64,000 nt of DNA. Source: Lingula anatina. Lineage: Eukaryota > Animalia > Brachiopoda. The stretch covers positions 1,054,001 through 1,118,000 of the forward strand of contig CM120641.1 in the NCBI GenBank assembly GCA_051362555.1. The letters run 5' to 3'. A program made the translations under genes and the position numbers. The notes beneath the pieces are model-generated. The model saw nothing but the letters and a program-made list of their open reading frames with translations, made no database searches and was not told the DNA's origin. Below are positions 35,610 to 49,684 of this stretch, piece after piece (position 1 is the stretch's first letter; every line of letters starts with the position of its first letter).

Positions 35610-38600
35610 GGGAAAATGCATTCGATCAAAGCACTGCCTTCAGGGTACAGAAAAATAATTTTCCCCACTATTTCAATTAGATATACATTGATCATATCAT
35701 TATGATTCATCTATTCAGACGAATTTTGAAATAATTGGCTGGATTTCAATTCTTTTATCACAGGTTATTCATTTATCTACATATCGAGAGACGGTATATT
35801 TTGAGATAGTGGATTTGAATCTGTTTTTATTGATAATCAAGATGCGATGCGTCTAATGATCCCTTTGGAAGGACTCGAGATCAATACATATATTTATCAC
35901 GCCATCGCCCTGGAGTTCCACTAAGAAGAACGGAGCCAGGAAAGGTCACGCCAAGGCCACGTCATCCCGCGTATCGCCAACGCAATGGCTGTCGCAAGAA
36001 GTGACAAACTGCTGTATACTCAGCACAAACCATGTTGCCTTTTTTGTAGGTAACATGTGTATATTACTGTTAAAGGCTCGTTCTGCTACTACATGATATA
36101 ACATTTAACTTTTATCCAAAGAGTCGAAATCATTAACATATAATAAAATGGTAACGGTCGTTAGGCCTACATGTCGAAGACGGACACTGCAGAAGTCCAG
36201 GTAAATGGCCAGCACTGTTTAGCAGGGTGATCAGTGATTTTCATCCAGTACTTTTCTTATGAATATCAGAGCAGCATTGCCCCTACGAAAGATCATCCAT
36301 ACAGAACGTGGATGGGTACCAGGATTACGGAGCAAAATATATGTTCAAGGTACTTATATCAAGCACGCATAGCCCTACACTGTGTGTTGGTAAGGTGCAT
36401 CCATCGAAACCGATCTGAACGAATAAACGGCCGTGGTTTTCTATATTTCTAGTAGTCCTGAAACATATTCCGCTGTGACTGTAAAACTCTTCGTATTCGT
36501 TCTAATAATGAATGACAACTGCAAATACAGATGACAGGCAATTATTTTTGCTCATGTTGAATCCTTCTTTACAAGATGTTACCCACACCGTGTAAACAAA
36601 CAAAGGATATGTCCAATTTTGCCTTAAACGTGAACCTACAGAACATATCTAAAGTCCATTGCATTAAAAGGCAGGGGCGGATCCAGGATTATTTGAAGGG
36701 TCTGCAGATGCGAAGCCAACCACAACCCCCCCCCCCCCTTTCGGGGCACGCCGAAGGGTTCCGAAATATTTGGTATTTTAGAGGGCGAACAGTGCCATAT
36801 GGTACGGTTTAGAACTACCGTGGTATGATTCAGCTAGTGTAAATTCTTATTTAAAGAGGGGACCATTGGTGTTTTTTTAATCGAATTTGGAGTCAAGACC
36901 TTCTTGACACCCCCTACATCCGCAAATGAAAGGCTGATCTGAGTAAGCGCTACAGGTATGTACTGTTCTGGGAGATATTCACAGAGCCTACACGGCCTAC
37001 ACACTTATGGACTTGAACAGTATTGAATTTCACTGCCTTTAGTACACAGGTAAGAGCTCTCCTCTAGCGTCTACTCAGGCTAATACGCTTGCATAAATGT
37101 ATTCTACATGTACTTGACCACAGATCATACGCTGGCTTGGGGTCTTTGATGTTAAAATGTCGTGGACTTCAGTTGGAAATATCCCAAAGCTTTACGTAAT
37201 GGAGAGATTCATCCGTGAAGACCAACGTTTTAGATGAATTTTCTCTAGCTAAAGAACGTGACCAATGAAAATCGGATCTCCAAAACTTAATAAAATGATA
37301 CCAATATCTTCTAAAAGCGATGTTAATATCAAATATCGAATGGCATGAACGAGAGACATAAATAAGGAGACAGTCAGATGTTTCGGCTGTGGTGATCAAT
37401 ACTGTATTTGTTGTGCTGCCTTAACGTCGTAACTTTATCTCACCTAACGCAATTTCAAAGTAAATAATTGATTCCGGTGCGTTGAAATGTACGTCGTGTC
37501 TTTTTAATGACAAATGTGCATGATTCCATAAATTGCCTTGAATTTTTTTATACGCAGATGAATTAAATAAATGTCTAAGTGCAGATATTCAATAATTATT
37601 GACTTCGACATATGAATGTAGCCCCGGCATGGGATCATCCATGTACCGAATATTGAACAATCTTCAAAACAAAAATGTTCAAAGCTATTCTTATAGACTT
37701 TCAGGTCTATGTTGGTATTTAATACATACTTAATGAACCTCGATATTCTGTCATAGAATTTGTCCATTGTAAAAGACAACAAAATAAGCAAATATTTGCA
37801 TATTTTAACGCATTCTTTATTTTAAAACTTTTTAAAATGAGGTTTAAATAATAAGAATTGACAGAAGCCACGTAAAAATAAATGCACTAAATGATGATGA
37901 TAGAAGCTACCTAGGACTGCTCTTTCACAGCCATGACTCTTTTCACTATTTTCATCACCCAGTGGCTAATTAACCACCCAGTCGCGTTAACGGATTCTTA
38001 TAAACATGAATTCATGTCAGAACTAATCGTAAGTAATAGGCTATTTTTGCAAATTCTCTATTAGTGCAAATAATACACAGACCTTATATTGTTTAGATTG
38101 TAAATGTACTTGCTTCTCCAAGCAGGTTATCTGGGGCAACATTTAAAGGGCAATCGCCAAGAAAAAGTAGGATGTAAGGAAACCTGTACACTTACAGTTG
38201 TGGCTTAAATTTCTGAAATTTTCAGGCAAAGGTTGAATGGCAATATTTTTCATTAACCCTGCTGGTGGGATACAGTCGATTCCATGCATATTTGAGTTGA
38301 GCGTTAACATCCGCAGTCATATCTCATCTCAGCTACACACAATAAAATGAACTAAAAAAGATGACAACTGTTTGGCATATACTGATCTTTATTAAAAACA
38401 CAATCACTCCAATATTTTTAAGTATTTTAAAAAATATCAACCACGATCTCATTGCTAAAGAAACAGTACTGGGGATTTTGGAAAGAAAAATATAATTCAC
38501 GATTTTTTTGTGTGTCCCCAAATTTTTTTTTTTGAAATTGACCATTCATTACTCTTACACAACCTTAACAAAATTCTACTTACATGTACGTTTAGAGACC

Positions 38601-39607
38601 TCTTTTTGTCTTTACTGGACTTTTGTCGCCTGGTTGATTACATGCACTCATTCTTTTTTTCCCACTTCACATAAAATTGCCATATTAAAGTAGTAGTACT
38701 TTCGTTCCCTATCTAGTATACTGCCTCTTTACTGTAACTTGAATAGAAAATAGTAGAAACTGTCTAATGCCACATAATTAACTGATAAGTAGATTAATAT
38801 GATGATTCTTTTATCCCTATACGTAAAAAACACCACACCGGTATATAATAACACATGAAATCATATTTCCGCTTAATGTCAATGATGTTTCGGCTAGGCG
38901 CAAGGCAATACAAGCCCAGGGACTGTCACACCTATCAGAAAACTTGCCCATACGTAGACAAACACAACGTCTCGAGTACGCAAGCAAACATTCGGTACTT
39001 TCGCATACCCGGAAGGAGATAACATGCTTTGAGCATATTCAAAAACAATTCCATGCGCTGCTTATATCTTCATTTTAATACGCTGAAAACAGGGTGATTT
39101 CATACGCTCAAAACTGTGCGTTAAACCGATGTCGCATACGCTCCTCACACGTGCCCCTTTACGCTAGGTGTGACAATACGCAATGACGAAAAAGTAGATC
39201 GAAATAAAGCTTATCAAATAATACACCGATTATTGCCCGCTGTGGTCCCCAGCTGAATGACCGCAAAAAGGAAGGCCGTCTGGTTGTCTCTAGGTGGAAT
39301 GGAAATGGTAGGTTACGAACATGTTCAGACACCGCCTTCAATGGCAGAGGCAAATTTTTAACCTATACAAAAGGCCAAGGATGTCATTTTAGGCTCTAGG
39401 GCTGTCGTGGATACAAAATAGCTGCGCAACAGACGGTTAGTGGTACACAAAACTACAAAAACATTAAATGAGTGTCTAAGAAAGGCTATTTCTACAATTA
39501 CATCGATTTCATGTGTATATAAATTTAAAGTTTGCTTGGTTAAGATAATTTGAAAAGACTTGACAAACTCTAGAACTCTGGAATGAATATGTTAAGTTCA
39601 TGCCCGT

Positions 39608-42600
39608 CTACAACAGCATGGCAGCAATGGCCGATAAGATCAGGAAGGAGAAGGACGCACTCCATACTGGCGCGTTACTGCCCGAAGTGAAAGGTGTGGT
39701 TTTCATGCTGTTTTCGTTCCATGTTGCATGCTTAATGTTCCATGTTGCTTTCGTTCCATGTTCCATGTTGCATTGGTTACCGTTACAGGTGCAGTACTCC
39801 ATGTCGATCCCGAAGTCCCCGAGTCCCATTGCCTTCAGTGAATCGAGAGGGATTACTTGAGTGATGGCTGGATCTTCCTCCGTCAGTTTCACGCATTTTT
39901 CCTCCGTTTCTGTTCCGGCGCATCCGCGCTGGGCTATTTTCATAGTCACGGACATGCCTCTCTTAAATTAAAGAGAATATCGAAAATTAGGAAATAGCTT
40001 GTTCATAGCACATTGTACTTTCCCTGAAAGATGATCACCGTGAGAGTCAGAGAAATTGGTGTTATCAAACAAGTCACTGGTACAAACAATACTGGAAATG
40101 TATATAGTCAAACACTTGATATACGGGATGGGGAGGTGGGCGGGGGCCTGTCACGTTCAGATATGATGCTCATTACGTTTATTTGCACACGTCCTTCACA
40201 CATTGAATTTTGTTCAATTACAATTATGCTCAAATACTCCCTTTTTTTCAGATAAAATATCAAAATAATTTCAGTCTTTCAAAGATGGGTCGCTCGTAGT
40301 TACATTCGCCCAGAAAGTATCCGGTTGCAACAACATTTATTAATTTATGCGTTCAAGTTTTGCCAGTTGGTACTCGTTGGCAATAAATCCAAATCTTCGA
40401 CCTCTAGAAATCAGCTGTCGCTGGCTTTGAACACCTATCATTTCCCGCCACCCCCCTCTTTATAAACATCCGTAATAACCCGTAGCTCTCCTGATGTTAC
40501 TAGTATTCCACTCAGTGTTATTATCTGTGGCCTATATTCTATGGATGTCTATAAGGGCATTCACATCGAGAAGAGCCGAGGTCTAGCCGAGGTACTTTCA
40601 TGTAGGTCCGCCATATTTAAGTCTCGGCCTTCCTAGACCTCGGCTCTTCTCGACGTGAATGCACTCTATACTTACCATACTCATAGTGACAGTTGCTACG
40701 GTATTTGAACAAGAACCTTCGCAGGACATTGTGGGAGTCTCGGAACCTTTGTCCAGACACTCGGGTACGCTGGTTGCTTGGGTGATTTGATCGAAGGTCC
40801 TCTGCAACTGGCTGTTGGATGTTTCGTACTTCGTGTAAGTGCACACGTGACATTGGGTAGTCGGGGCTGTAAAAAGACAACCAAGGTTTCTGGTTTTAAA
40901 TGGCAATCACAATCAAATCACGGTTTTTTAAATTTATAATAAGTCAATCAATTCAAGCTCTGCTGGTTTGATGACAATTTGATCAGATAATTTAAATATG
41001 TTGAAATAAACGCAACCACGCCAGTGATTGTATCACCAGCTGGAAAACAGAAAACAAAAAAGAGACACCACCTCCAGTGTTGTGCTCGACATGCTCAACA
41101 AAATGCAGTTAACAAGAGTTCTCAATATTATTGTTAAAAATACAACTTAAAATAAAATCATGGTGAAAAGTAAAAGTTAAAATCCAAATTTGTGAAGAAT
41201 TTCTCATGGCCAAAAGTAGGTCAAAGGTCAATATGAAAATCACAGTAAGGTAGCAAGTTCAATAGTAACTATGGGTCTATCTCTGCCAGTTTTAGATATA
41301 TAGGGGATAGAAAAGTTGCAAAGTTCAGTTCCTGGTGAAAAGAAGGTCAAAGGTCAATTTCGAGGTCACAGATTTTCAGTATACGACTTCCTATTCAAGT
41401 TCAATAGTAATTATGTACGTATCTCTGCCAGTTTTGGAAATATAAGGGATGGAAACCTTGCAAAGTTCAGTTTATGATGAAAAGTAGGTCAAAGGTCAAT
41501 TTAAGGTCACAATTAGATTGCCAATTCAATAGTTCCTATTCAAAATCAATAGTAACTATGGGCCTTTCTCTGCCAATTTTGGAGATATAAGGGATAGATA
41601 GTTTAGTTGAAACGTTCAGTTTACGGCGAAAAGCGCCTACGCTGGTGGTACTAATTATTTTAGCGCCCGGAGCCAAAGCCGGTATGACGTCACATGTAAT
41701 ATTTGTGACGTCTTTTTAAAAATATTTTAAAATTCACACGCGCACATGTACTTTAATACCCATTTTCCAGTCGTTTAACTTTGGCAATTCTAGCAAGTAC
41801 ATTCAAAAGCACACTAAGGGTGAGGTTGCCGATTATACCTTTGGGAAGTGCAGGTAGAGACGAAATATCCTGCGTACAGATGTCGCTATTGCAAAAACAC
41901 ATCTTCCCAGAGACCTCCTGTGCCATGGCCAGACCGCCTCCCAGAACAGCCTGGAGATGCTGTGCGTCGTTCGAACTCATAGTTTTGCATCCTTCATTCA
42001 CGCTCTTTGAGGGATTGCACCTTCGAATCACAACACCAATGCCCATGGGGTTTCCCTGCAACCAAGACCAATGCTTATGCGCAGTGAATAAATAGAACTA
42101 TCACAAATTCAAGAATTTGGCTTTCGTTTAACTTACACGGAATGCAAGAAAGGCTTTGCCCCTTCGACATCTCCTAACCAATAAAACGCCAACTATCTAA
42201 AAACTCACATCCCAAACATTTTTATTATTGGATTCCTTTGTAATTGTTTTCTTAGACTGGGTCCCCATATCTAGATCGATCTAACAGTTAGTACGATGGT
42301 TCTGGGGATCGGTCCCTTACACGTTTTAACTGCTTGCTTGAAAAGAAAGGGTAACAATTTAATATCTGGCTGAATAATCCAAGGTATTTCTGGTTAAAAA
42401 CTTACCTCTATTTGAATGGCTGTGTTGACTTCAGAAAACGCACAGGAACCGTCGCAGCTAATTGTCTTAGTTACAGAGGTGGGGTTCTTGGCGCACTCAG
42501 CGTCCATCACACTTGCATACATGTTTTGGATAAAGCCCTGTACATCCGCACCACCAACACCTGTAGCGGTAATATACATACACTCTGTGCACTCTAGTGC

Positions 42601-42610
42601 CTCCCCTGTA

Positions 42611-42656
<46 letters not shown>

Positions 42657-44459
42657 TAAACAACAATAATAATAATAATAACAAAACTATGGCAGTTCAT
42701 TTTTTCTGTTACAAACTCTATGTACTGAAATGCTGATATATTTTGAAATAATTTTTCAGATACGGTCAGATACATACACTGGGTGCACTCTAGTGTACAC
42801 AGTGTAATAATAACTAATAATAACTAAATATAACTATAATAACTAAATACTAAACAATGTAATAATAACTAAACTATGACAGTTTAATTTTTCTGCTACT
42901 AACTCTTTGTCTGTATGGAATAGCCACAGTATGCTCTGCACTACGTACACTCTTCCTAAAAATGTTGCATTATTATGAAATAATTTTTTGTGGTAAGTTC
43001 TCTGTGATTACTGCCACATAACCTTTGCTGTAGCTGGCTGTGGCATTACCAATCAAAAATGCTTAAATTAAGAAATTGGAGTGAAACTCCTGATTAATGC
43101 AATAGCTTTTTAGAATATTGTACCCTATATAAGAAAACTGGGCAGAGTGGCAGGCCACATAAACACTACGTAATCAACTAATCGCTGGTATTTGCAGTTT
43201 CAAGGTAATTTTGTTTTGCACATTTGAAGGGTGCCAACTCCTCCACCTGGAGCCCGAAGGAAAATTTGAAAACTTTGGTGGATGTCGTGTTTTGCGTGAA
43301 AACAAAATGACATTGCTGTCCCCGTCGGAATCTCTCAAAGAAATGTCTGTTTAGTTTTTCAGCGGCATAGTGTCACCTGGACATATAATCTTCTAAAAAC
43401 TCATCACAATCTTTAAAACAAGACAAATCATTGCCCAGCTATCGCGGTTAGGTGCGATTCAGTTGTCAGTTGCAAACTACTTCCTGATTTTCACAAGGTC
43501 TTTCATGGACTCTTAAACAACGTTATAAAACACCAAAAAATAATTAGATATGGGCATATCAGATTACATACATGCAAAAATTCCACATGACAACGATTTC
43601 CAGCCTTGAGAGAATTCTTTTCCCTTGACGAACTTTGTCGCGCTGTTTGTTGTTGAAGCATATATATTTCATAACAAATTTTTAGCAAATGAAGCACGAT
43701 TTTGCACCTTCAAGTATCGTAACACGTTTTCATCTCGTGCCTATTATTTCTACAAGTATTTCCTGTTCAAAAATACCAAAATAAAAAAATGTTATATTAT
43801 TATGCTGTTGGAAAAGACAACGAAAGACAAAGAAAGAAAATTGTCAACGAGTGCTGCAACACACTGAGGCATAACGAAAATTGCCCAACCCCGTTCAACA
43901 CAACTTTCCTAAACTTCTGTGTCTGTATTCAGCATACAGCTCAGCTGAGTCTCAAAGACCTTTATCGTCTTTGTCGTCACAGTACCACGTGACCAAGATC
44001 TGTTGCTTTATTTTTGCATATTGAGGTGAGGTTTACTAAAACACTTTTTTACTTATAGAATGTTTTTTTATACTTTTTTAAAGGTGGTGATCGATTAAAA
44101 CATATCTCTAGTGTATGGATTGAGTTCTGAATCCTCAAAAATCGAGAAATTGATTTTTACGTGACTAGAATCCTTTAAACTATGATACTCTCTCTACTAA
44201 ATAACAAAGCTACCATAGCGTGAAGACAGGTAACATTAAATTAAATTAAATTGCCTTGCGGGCACTGTATGACACTATTAGGGGATGCACACTGTATATG
44301 GAAAACCAACAGGGCTACGTGAGTGACTTAGTGACTAATCTCAAAAGCATGTCCTTGAAAGCAGCTTACTGCCGCTGAAGCTCAATATTTCTCGTCTTGG
44401 TACTTACCCAACTCGATCCCTCCCAACAGAAACACCAGAACAGTAATCGCCAGCATCAT
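39608..44459 (-). CDS. GPI-anchored protein with two Ly6/uPAR (quiver/sleepless-like) domains, copy A
   Basis: Exons 44459-44408 (signal peptide MMLAITVLVFLLGGIEL), 42605-42406, 42055-41839, 40866-40676 and 39961-39608. Two 10-Cys domains (CxxC..C..CxxxC..C..C..CxCxxxxC) and a hydrophobic C-terminus. Confidence 0.85.
41110..41635. repeat. Intronic repeat with ~120-bp AGGTCAAAGGTCAA tandem units
   Basis: 3-4 units; paralogous copy at about 50990-51540; absent from the same intron in copy C. Confidence 0.65.
42611..42680. repeat. (AAT)n microsatellite at the exon-2 acceptor
   Basis: Also at 52512-52556 and 59857-59891. Confidence 0.9.
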
Positions 44460-44815
44460 GGAGCCAGTTGGTGCAGTGCAGTTTCAGTGACGGTCAATAT
44501 TCCGAAAATAACGGAGACTCGGCAACTGATGAACTGATACGCCACTTAGCGTCTGCGCAGTTTAAGCCCAATTCCACCTATAGGGGGGCAAGCTATGTCG
44601 ATACTTAACAGAATCAGCAAATGCAATAAATTATACAGTTAGAATACGGATATTGTTTAGAAATTGAAAATCATTTTAGTTAGATTTGAACAAAAATATA
44701 CATGTGCAGAAATACATGTTTGACGTGTTAATTTGCATGACAGGACAACACCCCTAATTAAAGTGCACCAAACGGCGCGCCTCTAAATCACCGTCGTAAA
44801 AAGTCTACTGAATAA

Positions 44816-44868
<53 letters not shown>

Positions 44869-44990
44869 TAAACAGCAATTAGAAGTATACTCTAAACGTA
44901 AACATCTGGCCTCTTGACTCAAATGTTTGTCGGGAATGTTGGAAATGTTTGTCGTAACACAGGAAATTCCGTCCACAAAGTTTAGAGTAA

Positions 44991-45183
44991 GACATCGTTC
45001 ACATGAAAAATCCAAATTCCAAAAATCTATTGGCGGTATCTAGTGATCACGGTCTGTGCCCTGAATACCCTGCGGTGTAGTTAAGTAGCAGAGCGAGCAA
45101 GTCGTTTTCAAAGCTGTAATAATTCTCGGCTGCGCTCGGAGGAGATTCTGACACCTGAAAGAAGTTTTCATGTGAACGATGCC
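44991..45183. mobile_element. PIF/Harbinger-like MITE with TAA TSD
   Basis: TIR G(A/G)CATCGTTCACATGAAAA with TAA on both sides; the paralogous site at 55580 is empty (single TAA). Confidence 0.8.
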
Positions 45184-46105
45184 TAAGTCTGGGTTCCCAT
45201 CCCTAGATCGATCTAACTGGATCGATCCGTCTCCACGGGGTTTCTCGCTAAATTGCTTTTAAAGCTTAAGTGACTTAGATGTCAGGGATGCCTACTTAAG
45301 CTGCTAGACGATGGTTACTCACACCCTATCAACTTCAGTAGGTGTGAGAGACATCCAAGCCGCTAAAGAAGTTAATTGCAATTAAGCGAGAATCCCCTTG
45401 GAGATAGTTCAATCCAAAGTTAGTACGATAGGGTCTGGGAATGGTCTCTAAATTCTAACATAAAAAAATCACCAATTAAATAGTACATGCATCTCACGTA
45501 CTCCAGTTTGAGATTAATGGCTAATGCATACTATTGCATCAATGTACAGTACAGGTATATGGGTAATTAAGTACTGAGTCCCAACACGAGTGGTCCACTG
45601 TATGTGGTCTCTCAGCGTCCACTGTATGTATGCCTCGGTAATTAAACTCTTGTATATCACATACAGTGAACGCCTCGTGTTGGGACTCAGTACAGAATAG
45701 TTACCTCTTGTTGAAGGCAGGCCGCGCCACCTACAGGAGGTAATTACAGTACGCGGTGAACACAAACGCTATTGGACAAGGAGCCTTTAACGAGCACACC
45801 CTAATGCTAAATGTGTGTAAATTCAGTGACATTTGATGGTGTTATTTCAATTTAATGGACATTTCTTTACCTCCGTGAAAATCACAGTGAAACGTCGGGT
45901 TTGAGGGGGCACATGTAATAAATGTGAATAAATGGTATTAAATATTGATATCTTCACCTGTAGTTTGTATTTTCTGTATCACTAATCATGTTTGTTATGG
46001 TATCTGGAATGAAAATCACTATTTATAAAAACCTACACCTGTGATGTGGTCATTTATAAATAAAATCACATGATACTGAAGGTGGGACAACCTTTTTTAC
46101 CAATG

Positions 46106-46106
<1 letters not shown>

Positions 46107-46172
<66 letters not shown>
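46107..46172. repeat. (TA)n microsatellite
   Basis: Direct run; a second run lies at 46750-46801. Confidence 0.9.
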
Positions 46173-46173
<1 letters not shown>

Positions 46174-46746
46174 CAGACGGACTCTCTTGTGGTTTAAAAT
46201 ATATTTATTGGTATAACTAAAATTTTCACCCTGTAATGAAAGGTGACATATAATTAGATAAAATGACACACAACAAATAATAAATATGTATTTCCTGTAA
46301 CTGTTAAACACTTATATTTCTATAGTTCTTCGTTTACCTCTTTGATAAAGAAATAATACATTTGATACAGATTACTAAGGCTTATAACTGCTTACCCTGA
46401 TGTTATTCAAGGGTGTTTTAGAAAGAGTGCTGGTTACACCAATAGGTGGCTCGGTCTGAAAACTAGATAATAGAAAATGCTGTAGTATAGCATAGTGAAT
46501 AGAGTTGGACACGTAAAAGACAAGATAGAATAGCAGATACTAAACTGAACTAGAATTTACTAGACTATCCCCAAGACAGACAAACAGCAACTCCAGCACT
46601 GTTTGAAAATCCGGCGCCAATGCCTTTTATAACGAGACGTCACATGACAAAGACGCGGGAAGACAGAACAAAGGAACATAGACAAAACACCAATTAGGGG
46701 GCGTCAGAATCACAGCAAGTCACAAGACAAGACAACTCGAGACGAA

Positions 46747-46803
<57 letters not shown>

Positions 46804-47226
46804 ATAATTATTCATCATATTACATTTGAAATGCGATGCCCGTACGGTGAACGTATACTGTCCGAAATACCCTTTTCGTAAAGCCCAGGTCCCAACTGGG
46901 TTTTGGACGCACGGTTTTTAGGTTCCTTGCGTCCGGCCAGGACGTAGCTAGATCGCACGTAGCGGCTGTTGATCATGTCGAAAAGTTTCTACGTGCTGTT
47001 TGCGTCCTCCAAAAGTCGCAAGATGGACGTACTCCTCACGCACGAACTCCCACATTTTCCCCATTTTTTGCCGTAGAACACACGTAGCAGCTCGTACGTT
47101 CGGTTGGGACCTAGCCTTAAGGCTTCTGAGCGGAGGTAGACGGTGGCCGTGCGAAATCGCACGGAATCGTAATGATTTAAGACCATGGAATGTAGACATA
47201 CTTGGCGAAGCCCGTCTTTACCATTT

Positions 47227-47285
<59 letters not shown>

Positions 47286-49684
47286 AAAAAATAGTACGGA
47301 TCGCACGGCGTCCGTGTAAATGTACGTAATGTAGACTTTTGAAGTTGTTCTCCTGATAGCTTGCACACAACTAGGATAGGTATTCTATTTATTCCGAATT
47401 GTGAGCAGAAGCACTAGAAATAATGAAGACACTTTTCCTTTCTCATATTTTTAAAGGATAAATGGAGAAGTTTGCAAGATATATAAAATTGAGTATGGTG
47501 CACTCCCCCTAGATAGTCTGATATGCAGAAATAGATGGCTGTCCTTTATCAACAAGGTTGTGCATTCTTAAAATTGTGACCACCAGTTGTGGACTTCTCC
47601 TAAATAAATTTACAAGCTGCTTAGTAAAAGCATCTAGGACCTTATACGTACATACCCAAACACAATCATTGCACACAGCACATATCAAACAAGAGTCTTC
47701 AATCAGGCATTTTACTAGATATAGATTAAAAATATACTAAACAGGTTGCTCAAATTATGGTCACTTAATTCGACTTCATATGCTCATGCATTCGATGTAC
47801 ATGTTGAAGTGTTAATCAATACTGTATTTGTTGTGCCGCCTGAACGTCGTAACTCTACCTCACCTAACACAAAGGGTGAATCTGGTGTGAATTGAAATTT
47901 TCAAAGTGAATAATTGATTCCGGTGCGTTGAAATGTACGTCGTGTCTTTTTTATGACAAATTTGCATGATTTCATAAATTGCCTTGATTAAAACTTGCTT
48001 TTTATCCAAGGAAATGTTTTTTTTATACGAAGATGAATTAAATAAATGTCTGAGTGCAGGTGTTCAATAATTATTGACTTCAACATATGAATGTAGCCCA
48101 GGCATGGAAACATCCATGTACCAAATACTAAACAATTTATATATCTTCAAAACAAAATTGTTCAAAGCTATTCTTAACTTTCGGGTCTATGTTGATATCA
48201 AATACATAGAACATATTTAATCTCACTTAAAGAACCTCGATATTCTGTCATAGAATTTGTCCATTGCAAAAGACAACGGAGACAAAAATATTTACATATT
48301 TTTAACGCATTCTTTATCTAAAATAGTTTTTAAATGGGATTTAAATAATAAGAATTGACAGAATCCACTGGAAAAAAAATAAATGCACTAAATGATGATG
48401 ATAGAAGCTACCGTTTACACTCTTTCACAGCCGTCACTATTTTCACTATTTTCATCACCCAGTGGCTAATAAACCACCCAGCCGTGTTAAGGAAATCTTA
48501 TAAACATGAATTTATGTGTGCGGAACTAATCGTAAGTAATAGGCTATTTTTGCAAGTTCTTTATTAGTGCAATTAATAGACAGACCTTATATTGTTTACA
48601 TTGTAAATGTACGAGCTTCTCCAAGCAGGCTATCTGGGGCAACATTTAAAGGGCAATCGCCAAGAAAAAGTAGGATGTAAGGTAGCCTCTACACTTTCAG
48701 CTGTGGCTTAAATTTCCGAAATTTGAATGACAATATTATTTATTAACCCTACACGCGGGATATGTTCGATACCAGGTACATCTGAGTTGGTCGTTAGTAT
48801 CTGCAGTCATATCGCATCTCAGCTACACACAATAAAATGAACTAAAAAGATGACAACTGTTTGGCATATGCTGATCTTTATTAAAAACACAATCACTCCA
48901 TTCCAATACACATCATCCACGATCTTATTGCTAAAGAAACAGTACTGGGGATTTTGGCAAGAAAAATATAATTCACGATTTTTTTGTGTGTCCCCAATTT
49001 TTTTTAAAATGACCATTCATTACTCTAACATAACCTTAATAAAATTTTGCTTATATGTACATTTAGAGACTTCTTTTTGTCTTTACTGGACTTTTGTCGC
49101 CTGGTTGATAACATTCACTCACTCTTTTTTTTCCACTTCACATAAAATTGCCATATTAAAGTAGTAGTACTTTCGTTTTGTATCTAGTATACTGCCTCTT
49201 TACTGTAACTTGAATAGAAAATAGAGGGAATTGTCTAATACCACAAAATTAAGTAGATTAATGTAATGAGTCGTTATCTCTATACGTAAAAACCATCACA
49301 CTGGTATATAATAACACATGAAATCATATTTCCGCTTATCATGGATGACGTCAAGGTTGTTTCAGCTAGTCGCAAGGCAATACAAGCCCAGGAACTGGCA
49401 CATCCAACATATAGCTAACGTGTCAAAAAACTTGTTTGTTTAATAAAGGTTCATTTTAGGCTCTACATGTAGGCTTGTCGTGGATACAAAATAGCTGCGC
49501 AACATATGGTAAGGGCTACACAAAACTACAAAAAAAAAAAGCATTAAGCATGTGCCAAAAAAAGGTTATTTCTACAATTACATCGATTTTATGTGAATAC
49601 AAATTTAAAGTTTGTTTGGTTAAGATAATCTGAAAAGACTCAAGCTCTAGAACTCTGGAATGAATATGGTAAGTTCATGTCCGT

